Assembly: GCA_030390025.1 (NCBI GenBank)
Contig: CM059432.1
Span: 84,012,001-84,076,000 of the forward strand
Reading direction: 5' to 3'
Origin: Squalus acanthias
Taxonomy: Eukaryota
DNA length: 64,000 nt
In this document: positions 36,201-49,008 of the stretch, in pieces
How the letters are laid out: each line of letters begins with the position of its first letter
Position numbering within the stretch: position 1 is the first letter of the stretch
Position numbers and translations under genes: made by a program
The notes under the pieces: generated by a model
What the model was told of the DNA's origin: nothing
Databases searched by the model: none
The model's input: the letters and a program-made list of their open reading frames with translations, nothing else

Positions 36201-37489
36201 TCTTTTGATTCCTTACAGCATTTAGATATCTTCTTTTCTTCTCCCTACCTCCAATCTAGCAGGACCTACTGGTAATATGAAATTATCCAAGCTAATAATA
36301 TCAAGCTAATGTGGTCAGGTCGCTGTCTGAAGGCGATTAGCATCATTTAAAGAGATCTGGACCAATTAAGCAGATGGATTAAGGAACACCACATGGATTT
36401 TTAATGTGAATATAAGTGTAAGGTAATGTATACTGAAGCAGGAAATGGCAAACATGCATTTGTCCTTTGGTAAAGGTGAAGGAGGAATTGGGTGTGATTA
36501 ATGATCATTCACTGAAGGTTTCCAGTCAATATAAAGCTGTTGTCAACAAAGCTAATCACGTACTAGCTAGGATTCATCTCAAGGGTATTTGACGATAAAT
36601 TGAAGCAAATTATTCTAATCTTATATATAGATATACTGATGTGTGTGAGAGAAAAGTTAACCCCTGAAAGTTGGTTTACTTTAGACAAACATGTGGTCTA
36701 TGTGGGTGCAATGTTTCAATTGTCAAAAAAGTAAAATTGGCTCTTGAAGTCGACTATCTCAACACTACTGCCGAATAATCCGAACAAAAAATTACCTGTA
36801 TCCTTTCAGGTGCACCTGCAGCCCAATCCATCATGTGTAACTGGGGTAAGCGAACATGGCTAACCCCTCCAACCCATTTTCCCCAACACCCACCCCAAAC
36901 CTGTCCCAAATAATTACCATCACGATATAAGTGCTCTAGAAAAGTAACCCTGAGGCAGATACCACACTGAAGAGGCCATTTTATGTGCTGCTACTGAAGG
37001 TTGGTGTTACATTTGTCTGCATATCAATCTGTTTAATACTTTGGAGATTCAATCAGGACTTTTGGTCATTTTGAAGAGCTCGTATTGGAAATCTGAGTCT
37101 GGAATTGAAGGGAGTGGGGGAAGGTGAAGTCAGAGGCTTCCCTCAAGCTCATGACTTATTATTCTTTCTACTCACTCAGATTTCCAGTATGATCAAAGGG
37201 CCTGAAAGGGAGAGATATTGGCACTCAGGTGTTCATCTTGCATTTTAATTTGTGTAAGTCAATTAACCTTTTCTTGGAAGTATGCTTAGTGGACACAACT
37301 TCCAAGATTTATGTGCTGTAAAGCAATTTGGGATGTACTGAGGGTGTGAAAGGTACTATATAAATGCAAGTCCTTTCTTTATTTCTTTCTTTTACATGAT
37401 AGAAATATACTTTATGTAAACAAAGTTTTAGCCAGCTCCTCTCATGCATTGTGGACAACTGTACAGAGAGGAAGATGCCCCTTAGCGCA

Positions 37490-39462
37490 ACTAATCTAAT
37501 TGAATTTTTTGATGAAGTAACAGGAAGGATCAATGAAGGGAATGCAATGGATGTTGTCTACATGGATTTTAGGAAGGCGTTTGACAAAGTACCACATAGA
37601 AGGCTGGTTAACAAAATTGAGGCTCACGGAATAGGCAGCTTGGATAAGGAATTGGCTTAAGGACAGAAAACAGCGAGTTGTGCTAAATGGCTGTTTTTCA
37701 GACTGGAGGATGGTAGACAGTGGTGTTCCCCAAGGGTTAGTGCTGGGGCCACTGCTTTTTTTGATATATATAAATGACCTGGATATTGGAATACAAAGTA
37801 GAATTTCTAAATTTGCCGATGACACCAAACTTGGGGGTGTGGCAAATAGTGAGGATGATACCAATCGACTGCAACAGGACATAGAAAAGCTAGCAGAATA
37901 GGCAGACGAGTGGCAGATTGAATTTAATACAGAGAAGTGTGAGGTGATGCAGTTTGGCAGAAGGAACAGGGAGAGGCAATATACACTTAATGGTACAGTT
38001 TTAAAGAGTGTGCAGGGACAGAGGGACCTGGGAGTTAATGCGCATAGGTCCCTGAAGGTGGCAGGACATATTGAGAGAGTCGTTAGCAAAGTATATGGGA
38101 TCTTGGGTTTCATATATAGAGGTATTGAGTACAAAAGTAGAGAAGTTATGCTGAACCTTTATAAAGCTCTAGTTAGGCCACAACTGGAGTATGTTCTGGT
38201 CACCACACTTTAGGAAGGATGTGAAGGCCCTTGAGAGAGTGCAGCGGAGATTTACCAGAATGGTTCCGGGGATGGGGGATCTTAACTACAAGGACAGGTT
38301 GGAGAAGCTGGATTTGTTTTCATTAGAGCAAAGGAGGTTGAGGGGTGATTTGATAGAGGTGTACAAGATTATGACGGGTTTGGATAGGCTAGACGGAGAA
38401 AGGCTGTTCCCACTAGTTGATGGTACAAGGACTAGTGGACACAGATTTAAGGTTTTGAGCAAGAGATATAGGGGGGACGTGAGGAAATACTTTTTTACGC
38501 AGCGAGTGGTGAGGACCTGGAACTCGCTGCCAACAGAAGTGGTGGAAGCGGAAACACTTGGGGAAAAATTGGGTCGTGCCCCCTTTGGGGCGCTAACTTC
38601 ACCGGGGTTCTACTTTTAGCGCCCCAAAAAAGTTAGCGCCCCCACGCCCGAAATTCACCGGTACCACCCCAAGAGGGAGGTGGGGCGCTACTGGAAGCGC
38701 CCCGCCTCCCTCTTGGGGCACTGTGAGTGAATATCGTGGCGCTACGTGCTGCAGTGCCTTGCTCTGCGGCACGTCGCGCCGCGGTACTGCAGACCTTCCT
38801 CTCCTTATTGAAGGGGAGGGGCGCGACCCGGGGCCCAGCTAGGCCACCAGGGATCGAGTGCCGGCAAAAGAGCCCGGCACTCGAGAAGTGCCGGGCTCAC
38901 GGAGCACAGCCAGCACTCCGCGGGCGGGATGCACAGAAGGCCGGGGACGGCAAAGCGGACAGGTGCTGGCAGGCGGCCAGCAACAAAAATGGCCACCCGG
39001 CACCTTCCCTTTAATTTGCGCCGCCCCAGCCGCAGGTAGGCCCCCCTGACCCTGTTGGACATAGCGTCCGGCGGTAAGTCAGGGGGCGCTACCGAAGATC
39101 GCAGCCGGGGCGCTGCGCACGGTGGTGACATCATCGCCGGCGGCGCAGAACTGCGGGACGCTAACAGTTACCGCCGCCGCTAACCTCCCGCTGAATTTCG
39201 CAGGAGGCGTTAGCGGCGCTGCACCCAGGCGCTAGTTCCTTTGCGTCCTGTTAATGCCCCTAGGGCGCTAATGGAAGGCGCAAATCAACCGAATTTTTCC
39301 CCCTCAATGTTTTCAAAGGGAGACTGGATAGGCACTTGAGGGAAATAAACTTGCAGGGCTACGGGGATAGAGCGGGGGAATGGGACTGACTGGATTTCTC
39401 TACAGAAAGCCGGCATGGACTCGATGGGCCGAATGGCCTCCTTCTGTGCCGTTATGACTCTG
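37490..39462 (+). mobile_element. 5'-truncated CR1 LINE (distinct subfamily) interrupted by a MITE
   Basis: NLIEFFDEVT..YMDFRKAFDKVPH, GVPQGLVLGP and FADD; resumes at 39303; tail gatgggccgaatggcctccttctgtgcc. Confidence 0.88.
38560..39302. mobile_element. GC/CpG-rich MITE (~743 bp), Harbinger-type ends
   Basis: TIRs ggggaaaaatt / aatttttcccc; approximate 3-bp TSD ctt/ctc; many tagcgcc/ggcgcta subterminal motifs. Confidence 0.8.
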
Positions 39463-40600
39463 AGGGCAACACTCTTTTTCTGTTCCTGATTCAGCAGCAC
39501 CTCAAGAGCAGCACCTTCAGAAGATGCTGTCCTATTATGTCCTTCTCTTTGTTCCATGACTTGAACAGGACATTTTCTTGCCAGAGGGCTTGCAGCCTTT
39601 TAAGAGCTTTTCGTGCATAAGAAATAAGAGCAGGAGTAGGTAATTCGGCCCTTTGAGCCTGCTCCACCATTCAATAAGATCATGGCTGATCTTCTACCTA
39701 AACTCCACTTTCTGGCCCTACCCCCATGTCCCTTGATTCCCTTAGTATCCAAAAATCTATCGATTTCTGTCTTGAATATACTCAACGAATGAGCATTCAC
39801 AACCCTCTGAGGTAGAGAATTCCAAAGAATCACAATCCTCATCTTAGTCCTAAATGACCGACCCCTTATTCTGAGACTGAGACCCATACTTCAAAACTTC
39901 CCAGTCGGGGGAAACATCCTCCCAGCATCCTCTACCCTGTTAAGCCCCTTAAGAATCTTATATGTTTCAATGAGATCACTTCTCTTTTTTCTAAACTCTA
40001 GGGAATATAGGCCCATTCTACTCAATCTCTCCTCGTAGGACAATCTCCTCATCCCTGGAATCAGTCTAGTGAACCTTTGTTGCACACGCTCTAAGGCAAG
40101 TATATCCTCCCTTAGGTAAGGAGACCAATGCCGCTAAATTTGGCTCCATAGCGCCCGGTTTTTCAGCGCTATGGGTGCCGATTCGGGTCTAAAATGGCAT
40201 CCGAGGAACACGCGCGCACTTCTGGTGTGGGCTGCGCCATACACCATTTGGGTAGGTCGTTAGCGCGGGCGCTGGAAGTATGCAGAGTACTCAGATCGTG
40301 ACATCAATCAGCATGCATCGCTAATTTGACGCCAGCGCTGTCATTTTCGACCTCAATGCTGGAGCTAACGACCTCTCTTAACTTCGCACAGCTGAACATG
40401 CGTTCAGCAGCAGGAAGTACACCCACCAGAGCTATTTAAATGGATCATCTCCTGCTTTCAGGTTTGTTGCTGATTGATTTCTACTGGCTCTTGGTGAGTT
40501 TGTACAAGTGTTGTGATGTCTTATTTGAAGTTGTTGAAGTGACCAGGGAATGGTGTGCCAGGTTACTTCTAGGCTTTTGTTCAGACCAGTTGCTTGCAGA

Positions 40601-43150
40601 CATGGGTTCAGTAGTTTGTATCCCCCTTGGACTGCAGCATGACAGAGAGAATGAGCACAGGCGAAACAGAGGAGGACAAGCTGCATGAAGAGGGAGGAGC
40701 AGGAGGTGGAGAAGGGCTCTCAGCAGGAGGCCGTATCCACCCAGAGTCTTCAGGGAGCAATTCTCCTACCTCAACCTCAGTGAGGAACAGTGTATGCAAT
40801 GTCTCCGCTTCAATAAGGAGGTGCTCACTGAAATCTGCCACCTGTTTCAGGCAGAACTGAAGCCTCAGAGCCGGGCGAGGACTCATTGTCAGTGGCTGTG
40901 AAGGTGAGCGTGGCCATGAACTTTTATGTGTCGGGCTCCTTCCAGGCTGGAGCAGGCGCTATTTCCAACATCTCCCAGTTCGCTGTGTACTGTTGGATAA
41001 GGGACATGAGTGAGGCTATGTATGCAAAGAGAGCTCAATACATTTCATTCTCTCTTGCCAGCGAGAAGCAGGCAGAATGAACAAGCGTCTTCGCCAGGAT
41101 AGCAGCTTCCCCATGGTGCAGGGTCCCATTGACTGCACACATGGCACTTTGCAGGCGTCGCATGTGAATTCGGATGTGCACCGCAACCGGAAGGGATTCC
41201 ACGTCTTCAATGTTCAGCTGGTTTGTGACCAGACTCAGTGCATCATGCATAAGAATGAAGAGCAGGAGTAGGCCATACAGCCCCTCGAGCCTGCTCCACC
41301 ATTCAAAAAGATCATGGCTGGTCTTTGACCTCAACTCCACATTCCCGCCTGATCCCCCTATCCCTTGATTCTCCTACAGTCCAAAAATCTATCTACTTCA
41401 GCCTTGAATATACTCAACAAGTCAGCATCCACAGCCCTTTGGGGTAGAGAATTTCAAAGATGAGTGAAGAAATTCCTCCTCATCTCAGTCTTAAATGGCC
41501 GACCCCTTATCCTGAGATTATGCCCCCCTAGATCTAGACTCTCCAGCCAGGGGAAATAACCTCTCAGCATCTACCCTGTCAATCCCCCTCAGAATCTTAT
41601 ATGTTTCAATGAGATCACCTCTCATTCTTCTAAACTCCAGATAGCATAGGCCCAATCTACTCAATCTCTCCTCATAGGACAGACCTCTCATCCCAGGAAT
41701 CAATCTAGTGAATCTTCGTTGCACTTCCTCTAAGTCGAGTATATCCTTCCTCAGATAAGGAAACCAAAACTGTGCACAGTACTCCAGGTGTGGCCTCACC
41801 AAAGCCCTGTACAATTGCAGCAAGACTTCCTTAATCTTGTACTCCAAACCCCTTGCAATAAAGGTCAACATGCCATTTTCCTTCCTAATTGTTTGCTGTA
41901 CCTGCATGCTAACTCTCTGTGTTTCCGGTACGAGGATACCTAAATCTCTCTGAACACCAACATTTAATAGTTTCTCACCATTTAAAAAATATTCTATTCT
42001 TTTATTCTTCCTACCAAAGTGAATATCCTCACAGTTCCCCACATTATACTCCATCTGCCACCTTACTGCCCACTCACTTAATCTATCTATATCCCTTTAT
42101 GGGCTCTTTGTGTCCTCCTCACAGCTTACTTTCCCTCCTAGCTTTGTATCGTCAGCAAACTTGGATACATTATACTAGGTCCCTACATCTAAGTCATTAA
42201 TATAAATTGTAAATAGCTGAGGCCCAAGCACATATCCTTGCGGTACCCCACTAGTTATAGCCTGCCAACCTGAAAATGACCCGTTTATTCCTACTCTCTG
42301 TTTTCTGTCCATTAACCAGTCTTCTATCCATGCTAATATATTACCCCAACCCATGAGCCCTTATCATGCGTATCAACCTTTTATGTGGCACCATTATGGA
42401 ATGCCTTTTGGAAATCCAAATATACTAATGGTTCAACTTTATCTACCCTGCTAGTTACATCCTCAAAAAACTCTAATAAATTTGTTAAACACGATTTCCC
42501 TTTCATAAAACCATGTTGACTCTGCCTAATTATATTATGATTTTCTAAATGCCCTGTTACCACTTCCTTAATAATGGATTCCAGCATTTTCCCGACAACT
42601 GAAATCAGGCTAACTGGCATGTAGTTCCCTGTTTTCTCTCTCCCTCCTTTCTTGAATGCAGGTCAATGCTCAGTATCCTGGCAGTAGTAATGATGCCTTT
42701 ATTCTACGGCAGTCCACAGTACCATCCACATTTGAGCCACCACAACAAATCAGAGAGTATCTACTGGGCGACAAGGGCTATCCGCTGACCATCTGGCTCA
42801 TGCCTCTGGTGCGTAACCCAAGCACACATGGGCAGCATGCATACAATGAAAGCCATGCTGCCACACAGAATCTGATGGAGCAGACCATTGGCATGCTTAA
42901 ACAACGCTTCCGCTGCCTGGACTGCACTGGAGAAGCCCTGCAGTACTTGCCAGAGCGCGTCTCAAGATTCGTCATGGTTTGATGCATGCTCCTTCAACCT
43001 CGTCACCATGATGGTACAGATGTTGCCACCACGTATACAGCGAAGAGCTCAGGAGGCAGAGGAGAAAATGGAAGAGGAGGAGGAAGGGAGGGGAAAACCA
43101 ACACAGCCCCTTTCTGAACTGGATATCCATGATCGACTCAATTGACTGTG
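40601..43150 (+). pseudogene. Harbinger DDE transposase, split by a CR1 at 41250-42655
   Basis: FPMVQGPIDCTH, NRKGFHVFNVQLVCD | [25 protein letters not shown] and EQTIGMLKQRFRCLD. Confidence 0.87.
41250..42655 (-). mobile_element. 5'-truncated CR1 inside the Harbinger transposase
   Basis: 5-bp TSD atgca (41245-49, 42656-60); RT fragments; HER1-type tail. Confidence 0.9.
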
Positions 43151-43299
43151 GTACCAGTGAATGCAACACCAATTCCCCATTCAACTACAGTCCCATACCT
43201 TACCTCCCTCTGTTATTGACCATCACAGTGTCCTCTTGGCCACAATGCTCCAATAAAATCCACCACAAAACAAACATTCCAAACCAAATTTATTTATTT

Positions 43300-44345
43300 A
43301 TTTTTTATTCGTTCCCGGGATCTGGACATTACTGGCAAGGCCAGCATTTATTGCCCATCCCTAATTGCACTTGAGAAGGTGGTGGTGAGCTGCCTTCTTG
43401 AACTGCTACAATCCGTGTGCTGAATGTATTCCCATAGTGCTGTTTAGGAAGGAGTTCCAGGATTTTGACCCAGCAATGATGAAGGAACAGCAATATATTT
43501 CCAAGTCAGGATGGTGTGTGACTTGGAGGGGAACTTGCAGGGGGTGGTGGTGTTCCCATGCGCCTGCTGCCCTTGTCCTTCTAGGTGGTAGAGATTGCAG
43601 GTTTGGGAGGTGCTGTCGAAGAAGCCTTGGTGAGTTGTTGCAGTGCATCTTGTAGATGGTACACACTGCATCCATGGTGCATTGGTGGTGGAGGGAGTGA
43701 GTGTTTAAGGTGGTGGATGGGGTGCCAATCAAGCGGGCTGCTTTGTCCTGGATGGTATCAAGTTTCTTGAGTGTTGTTGGAGCTGCACTCATCCAGACAA
43801 GTGGAGAGTATTCCATCACACTCCTGACTTGTGCCTTGTAGATGGTGGAAAGACTTTGGAGAGTCAGGAGGTGAGTTACTCACCACAGAATATTCAGCCT
43901 CTGACCTGCTCTTGTAGCCACATTATTTATGTGGCTGGTCCAGTTAAGTTTCTGGTCAATGGTGACCCCCAGAATGTTGATGATGGGGGATTTGGCGATG
44001 GTAATGCCGTTAAATTTCAAGGGACGGTGATTAGACTCTCTCTTGTTGGAGATAGTCATTGCCTGCCACTTGTGTGGCACGAATGTTACTTGCCACTTAT
44101 CAGCCCAAGCCTGAATGTTGTCCAGGTCTTGCTGCGTGCGGGCATGGACTGCTTCATTTTCTGAGGTGTTGCGAATGGAACTGAACACTGTTCAATCATC
44201 AGTGAACATCCCCACTTCTGACCTTATGCAGGAGGGAAGGTCATTGATGAAGCAGTTGAAGATGGTTGGGCCTCGGACGCTGCCCTGAGGTACTTCTGCA
44301 GCGATGTCCTGAGGCTGAGGTTATTGGCCTCCAACAACCGCAACC
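43300..44345 (-). mobile_element. Family-B LINE inserted between the two Harbinger genes
   Basis: QQDLDNIQAWADKWQVTF and MEYSPLVWMSAAPTTLKKLD; family-B tail. Confidence 0.87.
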
Positions 44346-44456
44346 AACCATCAATCCTTCCAATATTGCATTCCAAAGTCAACTAATCACTCTTGTGCAT
44401 TCCCTTAGTGCCTGTCTTCCATGTGCCTTTGCCTGTCCTGGTACACAAACACCGTG

Positions 44457-45813
44457 CTACCCCAGTGGCTCCAGCATGGCTGGTGAAGGCTGCAGACTTT
44501 CAGAGGGGGAGACTGCAGATGGCCTTGCAGGATGACCTCGAGCAGCTCTGGGCCTAGAAGTCCCAGTTACGGACTGCACCACCTCGGCATGGGCGGCAAC
44601 AATCTGGGCTGGCTGGCTGACCGGCAAAAGCAAGGGCACTGGTGGAGTGGCAGAGGTTGGAGGACGAATGCAGTCATCCTGAGAGAGGACAGCAGGTTTG
44701 TGCTCCACTGAGCCACTGCCACTCCCCCGGGACAGTACCTCAGCAATCCTAGCAATCTTCTGGACTGCTGTGACACCCTGCAAGCCCCTTTCAACACTGG
44801 TAACTGCAGCCATGATGGCAGCAGTCTGTGCTTGTGTGGCAACAAGCTGAGCTTGCATGACATCAGTCTGATCTTCCACTGCAGCACTCAAACGTTGAGT
44901 GGCTTCTGCTTGTGCTGCAATAGAAGCTACGACAATCGTCCATCAGACGTTGCATCATGGTTGGGTCCACAAGTGCGCTAATGGAGTTGCTCACCATTTC
45001 CAGGCTGGAAAAGATGGGCTCCAAGCTCTACGCAAAGCCCTGTGTAAGGTTGGTGCTGGACTCCTCCATGCTCCTTGACTGCACGCAGGCTTTCTGGCAG
45101 GCCTGCCATTGCACCAAGCATTTCATTGTGCATACGCATCAGCATTCTTCTGTAGGACACCTCATCGAAGACCTCCTCTGAAGACTCATCTGTGCAGGAG
45201 AACTCATGTATGACATCGCCCTCCAGTGAGCTGGCACCTGTGCTACCCTTTACTCCTGATACGTATATCCTGATATGCGCCACCTTGTCCTGCAAGAGAG
45301 AGGGAAGCGTGTCAGTGAATGTGGTTCAATGTGTTTGGGTGATGTGCTTGTCATGGTTGAATAGCTAGCAGTGTGTGCAAGTTGTGATATTTGGGTGTGA
45401 GGCTTGCAGCAGTGCTAAGTTTGTGAGGGTGAGGTGAAGCTATGAATGTGAGGCATGAGTTGTGTATGATAGAGCTTGTTGATAGATGAGTGAAGGGGTG
45501 TGGTGAATTGAGCAGTGTCTGAGGCTAGTGGTTCAGTTGTAATGATATGGCATTTGAAGATTCATCTACTGACCTTGACTACTCGTGTGAGGTCATTGAA
45601 CTTCTTGCGGCACTGCATCCAGGTCCTCAGGGCTACAATGTTGGCATTGACCACGACAGCTATCTGCTCCCATTGCCTTTTCCACATTTGTCTGGAGGGG
45701 CTCCTGGACCCCTGTGGAAACAGGACCTCTCTCCTCCTGTCCACCTCATGCACCAAGGTCTCCTGTGCTGCATCTGAGAACCTTGGAGCACGCTCTCTCC
45801 CCTGTTGTGCCAT
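44457..45813 (-). pseudogene. Harbinger Myb/SANT-like gene, spliced (exon 1 45813-45574; GT-AG intron 45573-45290; exon 2 from 45289)
   Basis: Open exon MAQQGRERAPRFSD..WEQIA..RTWMQCRKKFNDLTRVVK|gtcagt; acceptor ctctcttgcag|GACAAG; downstream frameshifts. Confidence 0.8.
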
Positions 45814-46184
45814 TGTACTTCTTCCTGATCACACACTGTTCCCCAGCCAGTTGAATCACCAGCTGCAGCCAGAATGCACCTCCCCTATAAAAGGTGCAGG
45901 CTGGCTTTAAGAAGTGCAGGCTAGCTTTAATTGGTGCTAGCCTCGGAGAACTTGGACCCCCTGCTGAGCGTGCAGCCACACAGCAGTGCGTTCAGCACTG
46001 GGCTGCACGCTACAATCATTCTAATAAGCAGGCAGCAGAAAGTTTGTGTGCTGCCTGCATTACTTTGAATGGGCATGGGCGCATCTTGATCCTCACACCC
46101 GTTTTCAGAAGCTAATAAATTTTTAGCCCCAAAACTGTACACAGTTCTCCAGCTGTGGTCTCAACAAAGCCCTATATAATTGCA

Positions 46185-46388
46185 ATGATGTGGAGATGCC
46201 GGTGTTGGACTGGGGTGGACAAATGTGAGAAGTCGCACAACACCAGGTTATAGTCCAACAGCTTTATTTGAAATCACAAGCTTTCAGAGCACTGCTCCTT
46301 CACCTGACGAAGGAGCAGCGCTCCGAAAGCTTGTGATTTCAAATAAAGCTGTTGGACTATAACCTGGTGTTGTGCGACTTCTCACATT
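46185..46388. mobile_element. Palindromic Penelope-like pseudo-LTR insert
   Basis: ~80-bp inverted arms plus a unique 3' extension; 12-bp TSD tatataattgca (46173-84, 46389-400); hammerhead core and AATAAA in the arm. Confidence 0.75.
46300..46336 (+). ncRNA. Minimal type-I hammerhead ribozyme motif
   Basis: tcac-CUGACGA-a-ggagc(agc)gcucc-GAAA-gc-UU-guga: stem I tcac/gtga, 5-bp stem II, palindromic AGCU in place of stem III. Confidence 0.65.
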
Positions 46389-47256
46389 TATATAATTGCA
46401 GTAAGACTTCTTTAAAAAACAACAACCTTTAACGTAGTAAAATATCCCAAGGCGCTTCACAAGAGTATTATAAGACAAAAAATTTGACACCGATCCACAT
46501 AAGGAGAAATTAGGGCAGGTGACCAAAAGCTTGGTTGAAGAGGTAGGTTTTAAGGAGCGTCTTAAAGCAGGAAAGAGAGGTAGAGAGGTAGAGAGGTGGA
46601 GAGGTTTAGGTAGGGAATTCCAGAGCTTAGGGCCTAGGCAACAGAAGGCACGGCCAACAATGGTTGAGCAATTATAATCAGGGATGCTCAAGAGGGCAGA
46701 TTAGAGGAGCGCAGATATCTCGGGGGGGTTTTGGGGCTGGAGGAGATTACAGCAATAGGGAGGGGCGAGGCCCTGGAAGGATTTGTAAACCAGGATGAAA
46801 ATTTTGAACTCGAGGCGTTGCTTAACCAGGAGCCAATGTAGGTCAGCGAACATAGGGTTGATGGGTGAACGGGACTTGGTGCAAGTTAGGACATGGGAGT
46901 TGAGTTTTGGATGACCTCAACTTTACGTAGGGTAGAATGTGGGAGGTCGGCCAGGAGTGCGTTGGAATAGTCAAGTCTAGAGGTAACAAAGGCATGGATG
47001 AGGGTTTCAGCAGCGGATGAGCTGAGGCAGGGGCGGAGATGGGCGATGTTACGGAGGTGGAAATAGGCGGTCTTAGTTATAAGAACATAAGAAGTAAGAG
47101 CAGGAGTAGGCCATACGGCCCCTCGAACCTGCTCTGCCATTCAATAAGATCATTGCTGATCATCGACCTCAACTCCACTTTCCCGCCCGATCTCCATATC
47201 CCTTGATTCCCCTAGAGTCCAAAAATCTATCTATCTCAGCCTTGAATATACTCAAA

Positions 47257-48101
47257 GAGCTGGATTTTGTGAATGGAGGCGAGTTGGAGGCGGGACAACT
47301 GCTTGTCATGTCAATGTCCCGCCTCCATCCTCGCCTGACCAACCAGAGGGATTTTCCCCTGATTGACCTTGTTAAGCCCACCCTGCGGGCTCAGCAGGCC
47401 AATTAGGGAGGAAGTCATTGACAGATCACGTCAACGTCAGATGTGCTATCTGTCAAGACTTCTTGAAAGAAGAAATGTCAGCATTTGACAGCTCTGTGAA
47501 GCTGTCAAACACTGACATTCTCTTTAGTTTGATGAGTCCTTGTGTTGAGGACTCATCAAACCTTTCAAATTTGTAAATTTCACATGGCTATTGGAACGGA
47601 GGTTCCAACAGCCATTCTGTGAAATTGACAAGCAGCATGTCGGCTCTCCCGATCCACCGTGGCTGAAGGCTGTAGGAAGAAAACAAGGTAAGTGCACACT
47701 TTTTTAACCTTATCACTCACCTTGCATATTTACCACTCCACACTTGCACCCATCACTCACCTCTACACCTTACTTCCAGGTGCCTCCGACCGCCGCAGAC
47801 CTCCTCCATGTCTCCTCCAACCCGGCGGGGTTCTCCAAGGTCGGGAAGCCTTCACCTGTGAAGAAAAATGGCACTAATCCTTTTTTCTGCCTGTTAACTA
47901 CCTGTTAACAGGCAGTTAAAAGGATTAAATGCCTTTCCCGCCTCCAGGAGACGGGACCCGAAGCTGCACATCTTCCCGCCTCCTGGCAAAAGGGCACGGA
48001 GGCGGGATGGGGGCGGCTTTGCCATTCGCCCCCACTTTCTCCGAGTTTACCGGCTGTCCCGCCTCCATGCCCACCTCCTCGGGGCTTGGAAAATCCAGCC
48101 C
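47257..48101. mobile_element. Harbinger-type MITE (845 bp)
   Basis: TIRs gagctggatttt / aaaatccagccc; TSD AAA (47254-56, 48102-04); CR1 continuous across it. Confidence 0.82.
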
Positions 48102-48445
48102 AAAGACTCAGCATTCACAGCCCTCTGGGGCAGAGAATTCCAAAGATTCACAACCCTCTGAGTGAAGAAATTTCTCCTCATCTCAGTCTTAAATGGCCTA
48201 CCCCTTATCCTGAGACTATGCCCCCTAGTTCTAGACACTCCAGCCAGGGGAAACAACCTCTCAGCATCTACCCTGTCAATCCCCTTCAGAATTTTGTATG
48301 TTTCAATGAGATCACCTCTCATTCTTCTAAACATAGAGATTATAGGAGTATAGGCCCATTCTACACAATCTCTCATCATAGGACAGCTCTCTCATCCCAG
48401 GAATCAATCTCGTGAACCTTCGTTGCACCGCCTCCAAGGCAAGTA

Positions 48446-49008
48446 CAGGAAACTCTTTATTAACCGGCACCGTCGGGACCGGCGTGGTGCCGGTTGATCA
48501 AAAAGTCTGGATGACAGAGAGGTATACTTACCAAGGTACGAGAGCCCCGTACACGGCCACAGGTGCAGGAGCCCCGGTCACATTAAAGAATTTTCTTTTG
48601 AGTAGCCAGAATAAAATTTTAAACTACACGTTTTTTGATTTAAAAAGTACTATGTACAAACCTTAACCTTTGGTCTCAAACAGTATGTGTGGTGCCCTCG
48701 GTCACAGCCATCACACAACAGCATGTTTTCTGCATCTCCCGTCTTGTGACAGATCTTACAGCGATCTTACAGTGAGCATTCAGCAAAGACTTGGCCCATA
48801 TAATGCTACGATCCAGTGTAGAGAGATGAAGGAAAACCCCGGTTACATGGCCACAGATCCAGGAGTCCCTGGTGCACGGCCACAGGTGCAGGAACCCCGG
48901 TTACACGGCCACTAATATATAGTAAAACTTACCAGAACCTACTCCTGAATTTTGCCGGTTAAGAGAGATTTCCGGATATTTAGGTGCCGGTTAAAAGAGA
49001 GTTTCCTG
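48446..49008. mobile_element. Tc1/mariner superfamily (pogo/Tigger-like) MITE, 563 bp
   Basis: 26-bp TIRs caggaaactctttattaaccggcacc / ggtgccggttaaaagagagtttcctg; TA TSD. Confidence 0.88.

Larger units (their letters stand above)
40130..46130 (+). mobile_element. PIF/Harbinger element with convergent transposase (+) and Myb-like (-) genes, carrying two LINE insertions
   Basis: Degenerate TIRs (gccgctaaattt / aaatttttagcccc); flanks aat/aaa; both genes recognisable. Confidence 0.85.

Noticed and set aside
36811..36846. 36-bp micro-exon (tttcag|...ggg|gtaagc)
   Set aside because: Splice-like motifs only; no recognisable peptide or partner exons.
37496..38134. Long antisense ORFs over LINE RT regions (also 14872-15246 and 15744-16148)
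   Set aside because: Shadow frames of CR1 ORF2 with no independent evidence.
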